A stretch of DNA of 64,000 nucleotides from an uncultured Candidatus Saccharibacteria bacterium. Its GTDB lineage: Bacteria > Patescibacteriota > Saccharimonadia > Saccharimonadales > Saccharimonadaceae. The notes below the pieces were generated by a model that was given only the letters and a program-made list of their open reading frames with translations, searched no databases and was not told where the DNA came from. Made by a program: the position numbers and the translations under genes. The stretch spans positions 11,253 to 75,252 of the forward strand of contig CANDYV010000001.1 of assembly GCA_947425085.1 (NCBI GenBank), written 5' to 3'. Shown one piece after another: positions 49,784-60,200 of the stretch (its first letter is position 1; every line of letters begins with the position of its first letter).

Positions 49784-49873
49784 GACGCCATAACAAACGC
49801 CCATAAAACGCCTGAATGCTTCAAGACCTGAACGTCCTAGAACCAGACTACCTGAACCCGCTCTGACCCCAAC

Positions 49874-49901
49874 AAAAACCGCCAGCCCGAAAGCTAGCGG
49901 T
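49874..49901 (-). terminator. Terminator after the DsbA-like gene
   Basis: Stem accgc.agc/gct.gcggt preceded by an A-run, i.e. a U-run on the - strand. Confidence 0.7.
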
Positions 49902-49919
49902 CTTATCTAGCGTTCAATT

Positions 49920-50615
49920 TTACTTTTCGACACCTTTTTCGGCTAACTTCTCGTCAATCTTTGCCTTGAGCTCCTCCAAAAACGCATCGCGCGTCTTGTT
50001 TCGCTGATCGACAAAGTCGCCCTCAACATAGAAAGTTGGCGTGAAGGAAACCTTTTGTTTCTTCGCGAGACCGGCGTCGAAGCTAATCTTCTGCGAGACT
50101 TCGCTACTTCCCATGTCGGCCACGAACTTCTCCATGTCGCCCTTGCCGTTGGTCACCTTCTTGAAATAATCCTGGAACTGCGTCGGACACTCCGTTGGGT
50201 CAGAATAAAACCAATCATCCTGGTTTTCGTATAGATAATCCTTATACTCCTTCCAATACCCTTGCCGCGAAGCCGCCAACGCCGCAGAAGCCGCCGAAGT
50301 GCCGCACTGATGATAAGACATGATCATCGTCCGATAGACCACCGCCACTTTTCCATCATATTCCTCAACAATTTCGTTCACATACGGGTTCATCGGCGCG
50401 CAAGCATCGCATTGATAGTCGCCGTATTCGTAGATCTTCACCGGCGCATTCGGATCGCCCTCAATCATTTCCCCGAAATTTCCGTTCGCATCACTCGGTT
50501 CATAAACCATCGAAATATCATTCTGCGGAATCGTATTCTGCGCAATACTAATCCCAACCAGCCCTAAGAACGCCACTATCAGGACGCCGACAATAATCCA
50601 AGTTTTCTTATCCAT
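49920..50615 (-). CDS. Membrane-anchored DsbA/thioredoxin-fold oxidoreductase
   Basis: N-terminal TM, EYGDYQCDAC (CxxC) and the TPTF cis-Pro loop. Confidence 0.9.
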   Translation of the reverse strand: MDKKTWIIVGVLIVAFLGLVGISIAQNTIPQNDISMVYEPSDANGNFGEMIEGDPNAPVKIYEYGDYQCDACAPMNPYVNEIVEEYDGKVAVVYRTMIMSYHQCGTSAASAALAASRQGYWKEYKDYLYENQDDWFYSDPTECPTQFQDYFKKVTNGKGDMEKFVADMGSSEVSQKISFDAGLAKKQKVSFTPTFYVEGDFVDQRNKTRDAFLEELKAKIDEKLAEKGVEK

Positions 50616-50666
50616 TTTCCTCCTAGTATCCTTAAGCTAGATAACTTATTATGTTATAATTATAGC

Positions 50667-51548
50667 ATGGAACCGGCTAATTATATCCCAAAACCTCCCG
50701 CATCTCCCACTTTTGCCGAAAAAGCCCGCCGTGTCGCCCAAAACTTTCTCAAAATTTGTCAAAAAGTCGCTAAATCTATCTGGAAAGCCCTCAAGAACTT
50801 CGGCGCCTTCCTGAAGCGCAGTTGGAAAAAGTTTCTTCGCCGCTTCACCAAGTGGATCGACCCGAAGCTCGAGCCCTACCGCACCCATCCCCGCAATGCA
50901 TCTACGCTCACGAGCACTCCTCAGCCCGCGCCCACCAACCCTTCTAACCCCGACACACCCAAAGCCCCGACCTTTCAGCCCGCCTCTTCTGTGGCTTCCG
51001 ACGACACTCCGCAGACTCGCGCCGACATCTTTGAGATTCTCACCCAAGCTCCGCATAATATTTTCAGCCAGCGCGAGCGCAACATGATGACGAACCTTCT
51101 CGACCTCCCCGCTGTCAAAGTCTCCGAAATCATGCTCCCCGCCTCAAAAATCGTTTACGTCGACGCCGACGAAGTCCTCGGACCGCTCACTCTCGACCGC
51201 CTCTATCGCTCCGGCTTCTCACACTTTCCGGTCAAAGACGACAATGGCAGCTTGATCGGCTGCGTCCACACCACCCATTTCAACAATCTCGACATCAGAA
51301 ACTCTAGCCGTGTCGCCGACATCCTCGACCCCGGCCTCTATTATGTCCGCGATGACTACTCCCTCGAGCAAGCCCTCGACGCCTTCCTCCGCACCAACGC
51401 CTTCTTCTTCCTCGTCACCGACCGCTACGGCAAAGTCACCGGCCTGCTCACTTTCAATGATTTCTGCCGCCACCTCTTCGGCGCCAACCCGAAAGATACT
51501 TTCGACGGCGACTCCGACCGCCTCGCCGTCGCCACCCGCCAGAGTTAA
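50667..51548 (+). CDS. CBS-domain protein (CorC/HlyC-like CBS pair)
   Basis: VSEIMLP, SGFSHFPV and VTDRYGKVTGLLTFND. Confidence 0.82.
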   Translation: MEPANYIPKPPASPTFAEKARRVAQNFLKICQKVAKSIWKALKNFGAFLKRSWKKFLRRFTKWIDPKLEPYRTHPRNASTLTSTPQPAPTNPSNPDTPKAPTFQPASSVASDDTPQTRADIFEILTQAPHNIFSQRERNMMTNLLDLPAVKVSEIMLPASKIVYVDADEVLGPLTLDRLYRSGFSHFPVKDDNGSLIGCVHTTHFNNLDIRNSSRVADILDPGLYYVRDDYSLEQALDAFLRTNAFFFLVTDRYGKVTGLLTFNDFCRHLFGANPKDTFDGDSDRLAVATRQS

Positions 51549-51586
51549 GGTTCGACTCACCCATTTTTTCAAAGTTCCACAAAAAA

Positions 51587-51803
51587 CTCCGCCCCAGCCG
51601 CCGAGCCACCAACGGTTTATAAGTTAAGTTGTCCTAAAAACAACAATAACTTATTGGGGACTTATACGATATCGTTTTATTGTAAAAAAGGAATAAGTAT
51701 GTGCTATATCGCCCCTACATTAACAAACTTCAATCGCCAAAAACGGCTCAGCTTGTAAAAGGCAGGGTCATGACCTTTTGGCGGCACGGCGGCCAAGACG
51801 GAG
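51587..51803. repeat. Inverted-repeat-bounded element with conserved core, copy 2
   Basis: Left arm ctccgccccagccgccg, right arm cggcggccaagacggag, core 51667-51711. Same orientation relative to its FISUMP gene as copy 1. Confidence 0.8.
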
Positions 51804-51823
51804 TATTAAAGAACTAAATATAG

Positions 51824-53320
51824 TTATCGCGCAATGCAGCGAATAGCAAAGCCGTCTCTTCGCGTACTAGTTTGCGAAGGTTTTATGCTCGCATCACCAT
51901 CAAAACTCAAATAATAAGCTTTGCTTGCCGTCGAATACGGAGTAGACGACCAATACAACCCGCCCTCCCCAGGTCCATAAAGCAAAGTGCTAGACGTTTG
52001 ATCAACGTTACCGCCACGCACGAAATAATATGGAGCAGCAGTAAGCTTCTTCACATCGCCCACAATTCCGCTGACTGCAATTAGCCCACCAAAACTGCCA
52101 GCAGCGGTCGTATTAGATTCTGGCAATTTCCAACCTTTCGGACAAATAGAACTTGTTGCCTGGCCAGAGGTGATCGTGCCACCTGTTCCGGCTGTCGCAG
52201 CGTTCCATTGATAAAAGTTGCCAACGATATAATGTGCATTCACGTCACCGTTCGCGGTAGTTGGCGTGCTATAGGCTGTAAACTGGCTTGGACAATCCGC
52301 AAAGCTAGCTTTCTTTGAACCGCAAGCGCTCGAGGTGGTTGGATTCGTAATCCGATAATTTCCCAAACTCCAAGACCGCTGCCCAGTATCATTAGCCAAA
52401 ATTGTCGAGCTACTCGCTGTTGTCGCGGTAGTATACTCTGGTTTATATGAAGCTACAGAACCCTGCAAATCCGTATCTAAGTTTGTCAACGTCTTACTCG
52501 TAGACAAATCCAAATCTAGATTCTGTGTCATCCAGCATTTACCATCAACGAGCCTCGCCACCCAATAGTATTTTCCGTCCCGCGTATCTTTCAGTTGCTT
52601 CGTTTCGCCAATTTCGCTAGCCGCGCACACATCCGCCGTCATTTCCTGCATCTCGCTAATCGTCGTCAATCCAGTAATCTCCATCGGGCTACTCACCACA
52701 CTCATCGTCACTGAATTCCGGTATGTCCCAGCCGGTTTGTCCGCTCCAATATTCGCCGCAAAACTCAACATATAAGTCCGCGTCTCATCTTTGATATTCG
52801 TACTTGTATTCTCGTCCAACGCTGCGCCCCTCAAAGTTGCCGGCATCGCACTATAAGCATCTTTTGCTGCAGTTCCAACCGCAAACGAATATCCCCAACG
52901 ATTCACTGGCATATTGGCATATGTCGTAGTAGATGCAACCGAATCAATCGCATTAGTTCCATTTTTAAGTTGTGACGAGTCACTTCCTAGGTAAACATAA
53001 TATCCGCCCGAATTTTGCACCCGAACCGTCGCCTTAACATCCACCTTCGCCTTCGCGCCTTTTGAATCTATCGGAGTCACCGTGCCACTCGCCGAAGACG
53101 GCTCGAAAGCGATATTCACCGTCGAAATAGTCGTCGCCTGCGCGGAAATCGAATCACCATAATCCGGAGATCCTTCAGTATCAACTTCATCATTCTCCAT
53201 CTCGATAACCTCCTCCAGCGCACTCGCTGGCAAACTTAGTAGCGGATTCGCTATCAAGAATGCTAGTAGTAATGAACTTATACTCCCAACAATATTAACT
53301 TTTCTTTGACCTTTTCGCAT
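51824..53320 (-). CDS. Secreted FISUMP (Fib_succ_major)-domain surface protein, copy 2
   Basis: Start re-called at ATG 53320 after SD aggagg. NRWGY, MQEMT..VC, DTRDGKYY, CWMTQNLDL, YQWNAATA, ICPKGWKLP, YWSST and AIRCIAR. Confidence 0.88.
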   Translation of the reverse strand: MRKGQRKVNIVGSISSLLLAFLIANPLLSLPASALEEVIEMENDEVDTEGSPDYGDSISAQATTISTVNIAFEPSSASGTVTPIDSKGAKAKVDVKATVRVQNSGGYYVYLGSDSSQLKNGTNAIDSVASTTTYANMPVNRWGYSFAVGTAAKDAYSAMPATLRGAALDENTSTNIKDETRTYMLSFAANIGADKPAGTYRNSVTMSVVSSPMEITGLTTISEMQEMTADVCAASEIGETKQLKDTRDGKYYWVARLVDGKCWMTQNLDLDLSTSKTLTNLDTDLQGSVASYKPEYTTATTASSSTILANDTGQRSWSLGNYRITNPTTSSACGSKKASFADCPSQFTAYSTPTTANGDVNAHYIVGNFYQWNAATAGTGGTITSGQATSSICPKGWKLPESNTTAAGSFGGLIAVSGIVGDVKKLTAAPYYFVRGGNVDQTSSTLLYGPGEGGLYWSSTPYSTASKAYYLSFDGDASIKPSQTSTRRDGFAIRCIAR

Positions 53321-53566
53321 CACGGCCCTCCTTTTGATTATTGATAGACACATCGCGAGCCGCTCTGTCAACATAACAAAAATGGCACCGCGAGGTGTCT
53401 ATACAATGCATCAGGCAAGCTCTAGTTTCCTAGCACTTCTCCATCGGGCACCGTGCCTCGCGGCACCATTCATCGATCGAAAAATGCTAAAATTGCAAAA
53501 ACCAGAAACCAATAAAAACGAACCTGCCTTGACGCAACACATTGTATAGACAACTTCATTATACCA
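53321..53566 (-). promoter_or_regulatory. Extended -10 promoter plus structured 5' leader (candidate cis-regulatory RNA), copy 2
   Basis: TGgTATAAT at 53566-53558. 53552-53520 pairs with 53422-53396 and 53470-53456 pairs with 53395-53381, followed by a U-tract and SD aggagg. Confidence 0.65.
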
Positions 53567-53809
53567 CATAAATCCAAACCGCAAGCAAAATCCACAAAAA
53601 TCTAAAATCATCGTGGCTATGTTTGTATCTCAAAACCAAAATATGGTATAATGCCCAGTTTTCTAGCCAAAAACCAAAACACAAAAATCTCCCTAAAATC
53701 TTCGTGCTTATGCTTGCTAATCAAAAAAGATTTGCTATATACTAAACCCACGGGCAAAAGTAGGTCTTGATCTAAGCACGCTTAACAAGGGAGAAAGGAG
53801 GATAGGGTT

Positions 53810-53896
53810 ATGGTAATACGATTTTCAATCAAACGTATGAAAGTTTGGATCAATTTACTCCAAATAAAGATTACTTTCGTTAAGAAACGAAAGTAA
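53810..53896 (+). CDS. Candidate cationic small peptide / type I toxin (28 aa), not in the ORF track
   Basis: SD aggagg 8 nt upstream; MVIRFSIKRMKVWINLLQIKITFVKKRK*; own promoter at ~53714-53743. Confidence 0.5.
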   Translation: MVIRFSIKRMKVWINLLQIKITFVKKRK

Positions 53897-53911
53897 TCAA
53901 ACAACCTTAAT
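53862..53911 (-). ncRNA. Candidate ~50-nt antisense sRNA
   Basis: Minus-strand TTGATT-17-TAGAAT (53946-53918, TG-extended). A 13-bp perfect hairpin at 53869-53898 is followed by UUUAUUU on the - strand. Confidence 0.45.
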
Positions 53912-54016
53912 AACTCCATTCTAGCATCAAACAATAGCAAAATCAAGACCAAACTTGCCCGACCCGAATCATCATAAACCATAACGAAACCATCAGCGGA
54001 GTGCTATAATAAACCT

Positions 54017-55375
54017 ATGGCTAAATCTCATTCTCAATTCGTCTGCCAGCAATGCGGTGCCATCTACACCAGTTGGAACGGCCGCTGTAGCAAATGCGGC
54101 GCCTGGAACTCCCTCATCGAACAAGTCCCCGAAGACGCGCGCGATGAAAAATCTGCTGTTTCTCGCGGTCAAGCCTCCGGCAAACTCTTGAAATACGCCT
54201 CGATTAACGACCTTGAAGTTTCGAACGAAAAAGAACGCCTGAAGACCGGCTTTCCCGACCTCGATACCGTTCTTGGCGGCGGCATTCTCCTCGGCTCTGT
54301 CTCGCTTCTCGCCGGCCAGCCCGGCATCGGCAAATCCACCCTCCTCATGCAAATCTGCGCCAAAATCGCCGAAACTCGCACCGTATTATATATCTCCGGC
54401 GAGGAATCTGCCGGCCAGGTCAAGCTTCGCGCCGTCCGCCTCGGCGCTAAGTCCGATAACTTGAAATTCGCCAGCAGCACCTCCGCCAACGACATCGCGA
54501 AGACCATCGAAGGCGGCGAATTCGACCTCGTCATCGTCGACTCGATCCAAACCCTCACCCTCGCTGAAATCGCCTCCGCGCCCGGCGGCATCTCCCAGGT
54601 CACGAACTGCGGTAATCTCATCATCCGCGCCGCGAAAACCTCCGGCACCGCCGTCATCATCGTCGGCCACGTCACCAAAGAAGGAACTTTAGCCGGTCCG
54701 AAAGTCCTCGAACATCTCGTCGATGTCGTCTTGAATTTTGAAGGCGATCGCTACGGCGGGTTCAAGACCGTCCGCGCCGTCAAAAACCGTTTCGGCTCGA
54801 CCACCGAAGCCGCCATTTTCGAAATGAATCAACAAGGCCTCTCCGAAGTCAAAAACCCTTCCGCCGCCCTCCTCGCCGAGCGCCAAAACACCGACGGTTC
54901 AATCATCCTCGCTACCCTCGAAGGCACTCGCCCCATCCTCGTCGAAATCCAAGCCCTTGTCACCCCTTCAAACTTCGGCTATCCGAAGCGCACCGCTTCC
55001 GGCTGCGATCTGAACCGCCTTAATCTTCTCATCGCCGTCCTCGAGCGCCGCACGAAGCTCAAACTCTCTGACCAAGACATCTTCGTCAACGTCGTTGGCG
55101 GTCTGAAGCTCCAAGATTCCGCTGCCGACCTCGCTATCTGCCTTGCCATCGCCAGCGCCGTCGCCGGCCGCAAGCTCTCCGAAGAATACGTCGTGTTCGG
55201 TGAAGTCGGTCTCGGCGGCGAGATTCGCTCCGCCTTCCGTCCCGATCAACGCATCTCCGAAGCGAAGAAACTCGGCTTCACCCGCGCCATTGCCCCTGCC
55301 ACGATTAAAGACAAGTTCGTCATCCCCGTCCGTGACCTCCGCGACACGCTAATTAAATACGTCAACGAGAAATAA
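54017..55375 (+). CDS. radA: DNA repair protein RadA/Sms
   Basis: C4 zinc finger, GQPGIGKST, KNRFG and a Lon-like C-terminus (GEVGLGGEIR). Confidence 0.96.
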   Translation: MAKSHSQFVCQQCGAIYTSWNGRCSKCGAWNSLIEQVPEDARDEKSAVSRGQASGKLLKYASINDLEVSNEKERLKTGFPDLDTVLGGGILLGSVSLLAGQPGIGKSTLLMQICAKIAETRTVLYISGEESAGQVKLRAVRLGAKSDNLKFASSTSANDIAKTIEGGEFDLVIVDSIQTLTLAEIASAPGGISQVTNCGNLIIRAAKTSGTAVIIVGHVTKEGTLAGPKVLEHLVDVVLNFEGDRYGGFKTVRAVKNRFGSTTEAAIFEMNQQGLSEVKNPSAALLAERQNTDGSIILATLEGTRPILVEIQALVTPSNFGYPKRTASGCDLNRLNLLIAVLERRTKLKLSDQDIFVNVVGGLKLQDSAADLAICLAIASAVAGRKLSEEYVVFGEVGLGGEIRSAFRPDQRISEAKKLGFTRAIAPATIKDKFVIPVRDLRDTLIKYVNEK

Positions 55376-55843
55376 ATGCGCATCCTAGGCATCGATCCTG
55401 GCACCGGCATCTGTGGCTTCGGCGTCATCGAAGGCACAACTGCTCTCGACTACGGCGTCATCGCCACTCCTCCGCATACTCCGCTCCCCGACCGCCTCGA
55501 AGACATCTATAACTCTCTCCACGAAATCATCGACCAGAACCATCCCGACGTCATGTCGATCGAAAAACTCTTCTTCAAACAAAATATTACGACCGGCATC
55601 TCCGTCGCCGAAGCCCGCGGCGTTTGCCTCCTCGTCGCCAAACAATATAATCTCCCGATTTTTGAATACAGTCCGAACCAAATCAAAAAAGCCATCTGCG
55701 GCTACGGCCAAGCCCATAAACCTCAAATCCAAGAAATGGTCCGCCTCCACCTCCATCTCGAGCAAGTCCCGAAGCCCGACGACGCCGCCGATGCCCTCGC
55801 CGCCGCCATTGTTCATTCTTTCGTCGCCAAAACTTCCGCCTAG
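55376..55843 (+). CDS. ruvC: Holliday junction resolvase RuvC
   Basis: ILGIDPG, IEKLFF, EARGV and DDAADALA. Confidence 0.96.
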   Translation: MRILGIDPGTGICGFGVIEGTTALDYGVIATPPHTPLPDRLEDIYNSLHEIIDQNHPDVMSIEKLFFKQNITTGISVAEARGVCLLVAKQYNLPIFEYSPNQIKKAICGYGQAHKPQIQEMVRLHLHLEQVPKPDDAADALAAAIVHSFVAKTSA

Positions 55844-55958
55844 GCCACGAACCTGCTTCAAAACTTCCATCTAAAACTATTGTCGCGGCGCAAAACAACT
55901 TAATAACTCGCCAAAAGTCATAACTTATGCTACAATAGTAGCAACACAAGGAGTTATT

Positions 55959-56546
55959 ATGTTCAAAAAACTTATCTTTACTATTTCGGTGGGCATGGTG
56001 GGCATTTTCACTCTTATTTCTATGCCAAACAGCACTTACGCTACCGGCGACATTATCACCGACACGATCGAGGAGCCGACTATCAGCTCCGAAGAAGCTC
56101 TCGCGACCGCCGAGACTTTCGATACTACGACCTCCGAGGCCGTGCCTGTCGATGAAACCCCGTTCCCAGACGAAACTGCGCCTAGCGATGAAATAGAATC
56201 TACCGGCGAAATTATCTCGGCCGCGGACACTACAGAAGAAAACGCCGAAGAAACTGTCATGAGCCGATTCGACGCCATCGTCACCTCCGCCCTAACCTTT
56301 ATCGAAGAGCAATTCGGCGTCACCATCGACCGCGAGACGGTGCCACTCATCCTTTCTGCCGCCGCTCTCATTCTGACCGTCCTGCTCATCATTATCATTA
56401 ACCTCATCGCGCACAAAAAATCTCGCAAGATTATCGAAAAATCCGACCGCCAAGAACTAGCTGCCGGCCTTAACGCTAATAGTTTCGGCGATCTAAATAA
56501 TCGTCCGGACCTCGCAAGTGGGCTAAACGAGTTCCGTGACCTATGA
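55959..56546 (+). CDS. Hypothetical surface protein (signal peptide, acidic T/E/S-rich region, C-terminal TM)
   Basis: SD aggag and TGcTACAAT upstream; hydrophobic termini. Confidence 0.7.
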   Translation: MFKKLIFTISVGMVGIFTLISMPNSTYATGDIITDTIEEPTISSEEALATAETFDTTTSEAVPVDETPFPDETAPSDEIESTGEIISAADTTEENAEETVMSRFDAIVTSALTFIEEQFGVTIDRETVPLILSAAALILTVLLIIIINLIAHKKSRKIIEKSDRQELAAGLNANSFGDLNNRPDLASGLNEFRDL

Positions 56547-57127
56547 TTGCGCACCTCTTTGGCACCATCACCGAAAAACTCCCCACCTCCGTCATTATTG
56601 ACGTCCATGGTGTCGGCTACGAACTAATCCTTTCCGCTCCTGATGCAGAGCGCATCAACCTCGGCGACGAAGTTAAGTTCTATACTTTCCACTCCCTCCG
56701 CGAAAACGCCGAAGACCTCTACGGCTTCACCAGCCTCGCCGCCAAAAAACTTTTTGAAATGCTTATCTCCGTAAACGGTATCGGTCCAAAAGCCGCCATC
56801 AGCATCCTCAGTCTCGGTACCCCCGAAGAAGTCAGAAACGCCATCGCTAATACCGATGCCGCTTTCATTTCCAAAGCCGCTGGCGTTGGCAAAAAGTCCG
56901 CCGAACGCGTCATCGTCGACCTCCGCGACAAAGTCGGCCTCCCTAGCCATTATGGCGCCACCGAAACCAAGTTCACTCTCGCCCCTGAAAAAGGCCCCGC
57001 TGACGAAGCCCTCGATGCCCTCATCGCCCTCGGCTTCCCGCTCAAAGAAGCCTCTGCCGCTCTCGCTGAAGTCGACCCGAGCCTCCCCGTCGAAGAGCGT
57101 ATCCGCCTCGCCCTCAAGCAGAAATAA
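56543..57127 (+). CDS. ruvA: Holliday junction branch migration protein RuvA
   Basis: MIAHLFG, GVGYEL, LYGF, VNGIGPKAA and GVGKKSAERV. Confidence 0.96.
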   Translation: MIAHLFGTITEKLPTSVIIDVHGVGYELILSAPDAERINLGDEVKFYTFHSLRENAEDLYGFTSLAAKKLFEMLISVNGIGPKAAISILSLGTPEEVRNAIANTDAAFISKAAGVGKKSAERVIVDLRDKVGLPSHYGATETKFTLAPEKGPADEALDALIALGFPLKEASAALAEVDPSLPVEERIRLALKQK

Positions 57128-57162
57128 TTCCAAACAACGACCCGCCGTCTACAAAAACACAT

Positions 57163-57202
57163 AAAAAGAGCCGCCTGCCATAAGACAGACGGCCTTTGTT
57201 TT
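57163..57202. terminator. Bidirectional terminator between ruvA and the SLH gene
   Basis: Stem gccg.ctg/cag.cggc flanked by an A-run and a T-rich run. Confidence 0.7.
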
Positions 57203-57252
57203 GCTCAATCTCACACCCATTGGCATAAAATCGAGCTAAAGTCCGTGACGCG

Positions 57253-60200
57253 TCACCGCGCCAAATCCAAATTATTCAAGAGGTTCATCAAAATCTGCGC
57301 GACCTGCGCTCGGGTTGCCTGGCCCTTCGGGCCGATTCGACCATCGCCAAAACCGCTGACGATGCCGTTCTCGACCGCCCAAGCCATTGCTTCCTGCGCA
57401 TAGCCGCTCACCTGACCAGCGTCCGTAAAGCCAGTCAAAGTCCCGGCCGTCGTCGGCGAACCATAATAGCGCCAAAGCATCACGACCAGCTGCTCGCGGG
57501 TGATGTTGCCGTTCGGGTTCGACCCATCGCTGATGCCGTTCTCGACCGCCCACTCGACGCTCTTCGCGTACCAAGTCTCGCCGCCAGCCGTGTCGGCTCC
57601 GGCAAACCTCGCCAAAACCGTCATCAACATTCCGCGCGTCATTGCCACATCCGGTGAGAAAATCATCGCCGAAGTTCCAACAAGCAGTCCCCGAGCCGAT
57701 GCGAACGCCACAGCGTCCGCCGCCCAGTTTCCGGCCGGAACATCCGTAAACACTTTGCTATTGTCAACAAGAACTACCGTCGCGCCATCCGGCAGGGAAG
57801 CAATCACGCCCTCCGCCGTCACGACAGACGTTTTTACGACGTTCGTCGAAGCGTCCGTCCCGACCAGCATAGCCACGGTCCCCGGCGTCGTTGAAACGGC
57901 CGGAATCATAACCTGAACTTCTTCAGTCGAGCCAGTCCGCACCGTAATCGGCATCGTATCCGGTATATTCCGCACTACATGCACCGCCTCGACCGGCAAC
58001 CGAACCGCTTCTCCGCGCTGGTCGGACTCACTAATCACCTTCGCCGACAATCGCACTTCCGTCTTCACGGCGCCATTCACCATTGTTTCCACGGTGACAG
58101 CCGTGCCGTCTTTCTGCGTCGTGACGACCGTTTTCGAGCCATCCGGCCTCGTCGTCGTTTCGATCTTTGCGCCAGTCTTCGGGTCAGTCGTCACCATAGT
58201 CGTCGGCTTATTGGTCGGAGTCGTAGTTGACGACCCGCCGCCAGGATTCGGCCGGCTCGTATTCCCAGAACCTCCGGGATTACTCGGCTTATTCGTGCCT
58301 CCGGAGCCGCCAGGGTTACTCGGATTCCCGGTATTGCCACCAGTCGCCGGAATCGCTTCGGTCTGCTTATAGCCACAAACCACACAATCCCGATGTTGAC
58401 TGCCCGCTACTGTCGCGGTCGCCGCCGTATCAACAACCCACGCGCCGTAATCATGCGCCACATAGCCGTCTTTTCCGGCATTATCCGTCACATAACAGTC
58501 AGCAGCTTGACATTCGTGCCAGTGCGCATTCTCATCGTTCGTCCAACCAGTAGCCCAATCATGCTCATGCTTCGCCGGCGGATCAGGATCAACGGGCGGG
58601 TTAGGGTCAATTGGAGGGTCAACCGTCGAACCAGGCGTCCGGTCAAACGGCTCGCCGCAAACGTCACAGTTGCCTTCCGCGTCCTTCTCCCCGAGATGCT
58701 CACCCTTACCGACGCAAGTCATCACATCATCGGTATCCGGCAAGGGAACGAACGGGTCAGTTTGATTGTAGTAGACTTGCCCGGCCTCCGTAACAGCATC
58801 CATCCACTTCTTTGATTGATGCTGCGCAGTCGGTATTGCCGCCACTAACGCTTTCCATTGCGCCTCAGTCCCGCCAAAGTTAATAAAACTTACACCATTA
58901 CTACTCATAAACGGGTCTGTCACGCCCGCGACGGTAATATACCTCAGCGTACTCGGCATATAAATATACTTAATGAGCTTGCAGGACTGGAACATCCCCG
59001 GAGGCAGTTCTGTCATGCCTTCTGGCAGCGAGATCAGATTAATCCTCTGACATTCGGTAAATGTGTTCGGGCCAATCTGAATGTTGTCATTCGGCATGAA
59101 CCTGACTTGAAACAGATTGGTACAGCCAGAAAACACTGCGCCATCGACACCGCCAAGTGACCTCACGCTGCTCGGAATGTCGACGTAATTCAAAGCCGTA
59201 CAACCGTAAAAGGCTTTCTGGCCGATAGTCTCGACACCATTGCCGAGGTCAAGCGTTGTCAAATTGGGGCACCAATAAAATGCGCTGTCGCCGATAGTTT
59301 TTACGCTGCCAGGGATAGACACCCCAACCAGTCCGGTCTTATAGAACGCATAAGCGCCGACCCTTGTGACGGTCGTCGAAATAGTTACGCTGTTCAGGTT
59401 CGTATAGGCAATTTCAAGACCACGAAACGCATTGTCGCCGATACTGGTGACACCTTCGCCAATTTCTACAGAGTAGATCTGGTCGCGATAATCATACCAG
59501 CCAGGCCTCGCGTCATTCAGGTCATAATCCAGCATCGCGCCAGAACCCGTGATAGTCAGAACGCCCTTACTGTTTAACTCCCAGCTCAAGCTCCCCTCGG
59601 TGCCACTATGGTCGACTTTCACTTCAACGTTGTCCGACGGATCAGTATACCCCTTCGGGTAGCTGGTCACCATATAGGTAATCTCGCGCATCAGATCGGT
59701 TTTACTAATGACCCGCCCCCAGTGCACGCCGCCGTTGTAGTTGCCTTCAACGACGATAATGGCGTTGTCGGTCTTCTTCAGCACCGTCACAGAGTGCGTG
59801 CCGCTGTCCACCCGCAGGAAATCGCCTACATGGATGTCTTCCCAATCAAAACCGCCTCTGTCATAGACATAAATCGGCAAGCCAGGATAGGTCAGATCGT
59901 GGAACTTAAAGCAGAGTGCTGCGCATCCCACGCCCACAGCGTAAGCGCCATGAATCGTGCCACCCTGGAAACGGTAATATTTTCCCAGCTTACCATTATC
60001 GCCATAAGGCTCATAGTTCGTCCAGGTCATACCTTCCGGGTATTCGCTCATCAAGGCCATCATCGCCGCGTAGGCTTCCTCGTAGGACGGAAGGCTAACT
60101 CTCGCCGGCGCCCTGCGTTTGGTTGACGTAGTGTCAATCCCGAGAGCCTCAGGCGGCGCTTCGTCGACCGGCATTTCTACCGGCACCGGTTCCGCATAGC

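Noticed and set aside
51548-51563. ggttcgactc, resembling a tRNA T-loop or att remnant beside FISUMP cassette 2
   Set aside because: The flanks do not form a T-stem or acceptor stem, and there is no second copy in the window.
53748-53965. 6S RNA
   Set aside because: End-to-end pairing fits, but the interior forms separate local hairpins and carries a strong SD plus ORF rather than one rod with a central bubble. Not fully excluded without cmscan.
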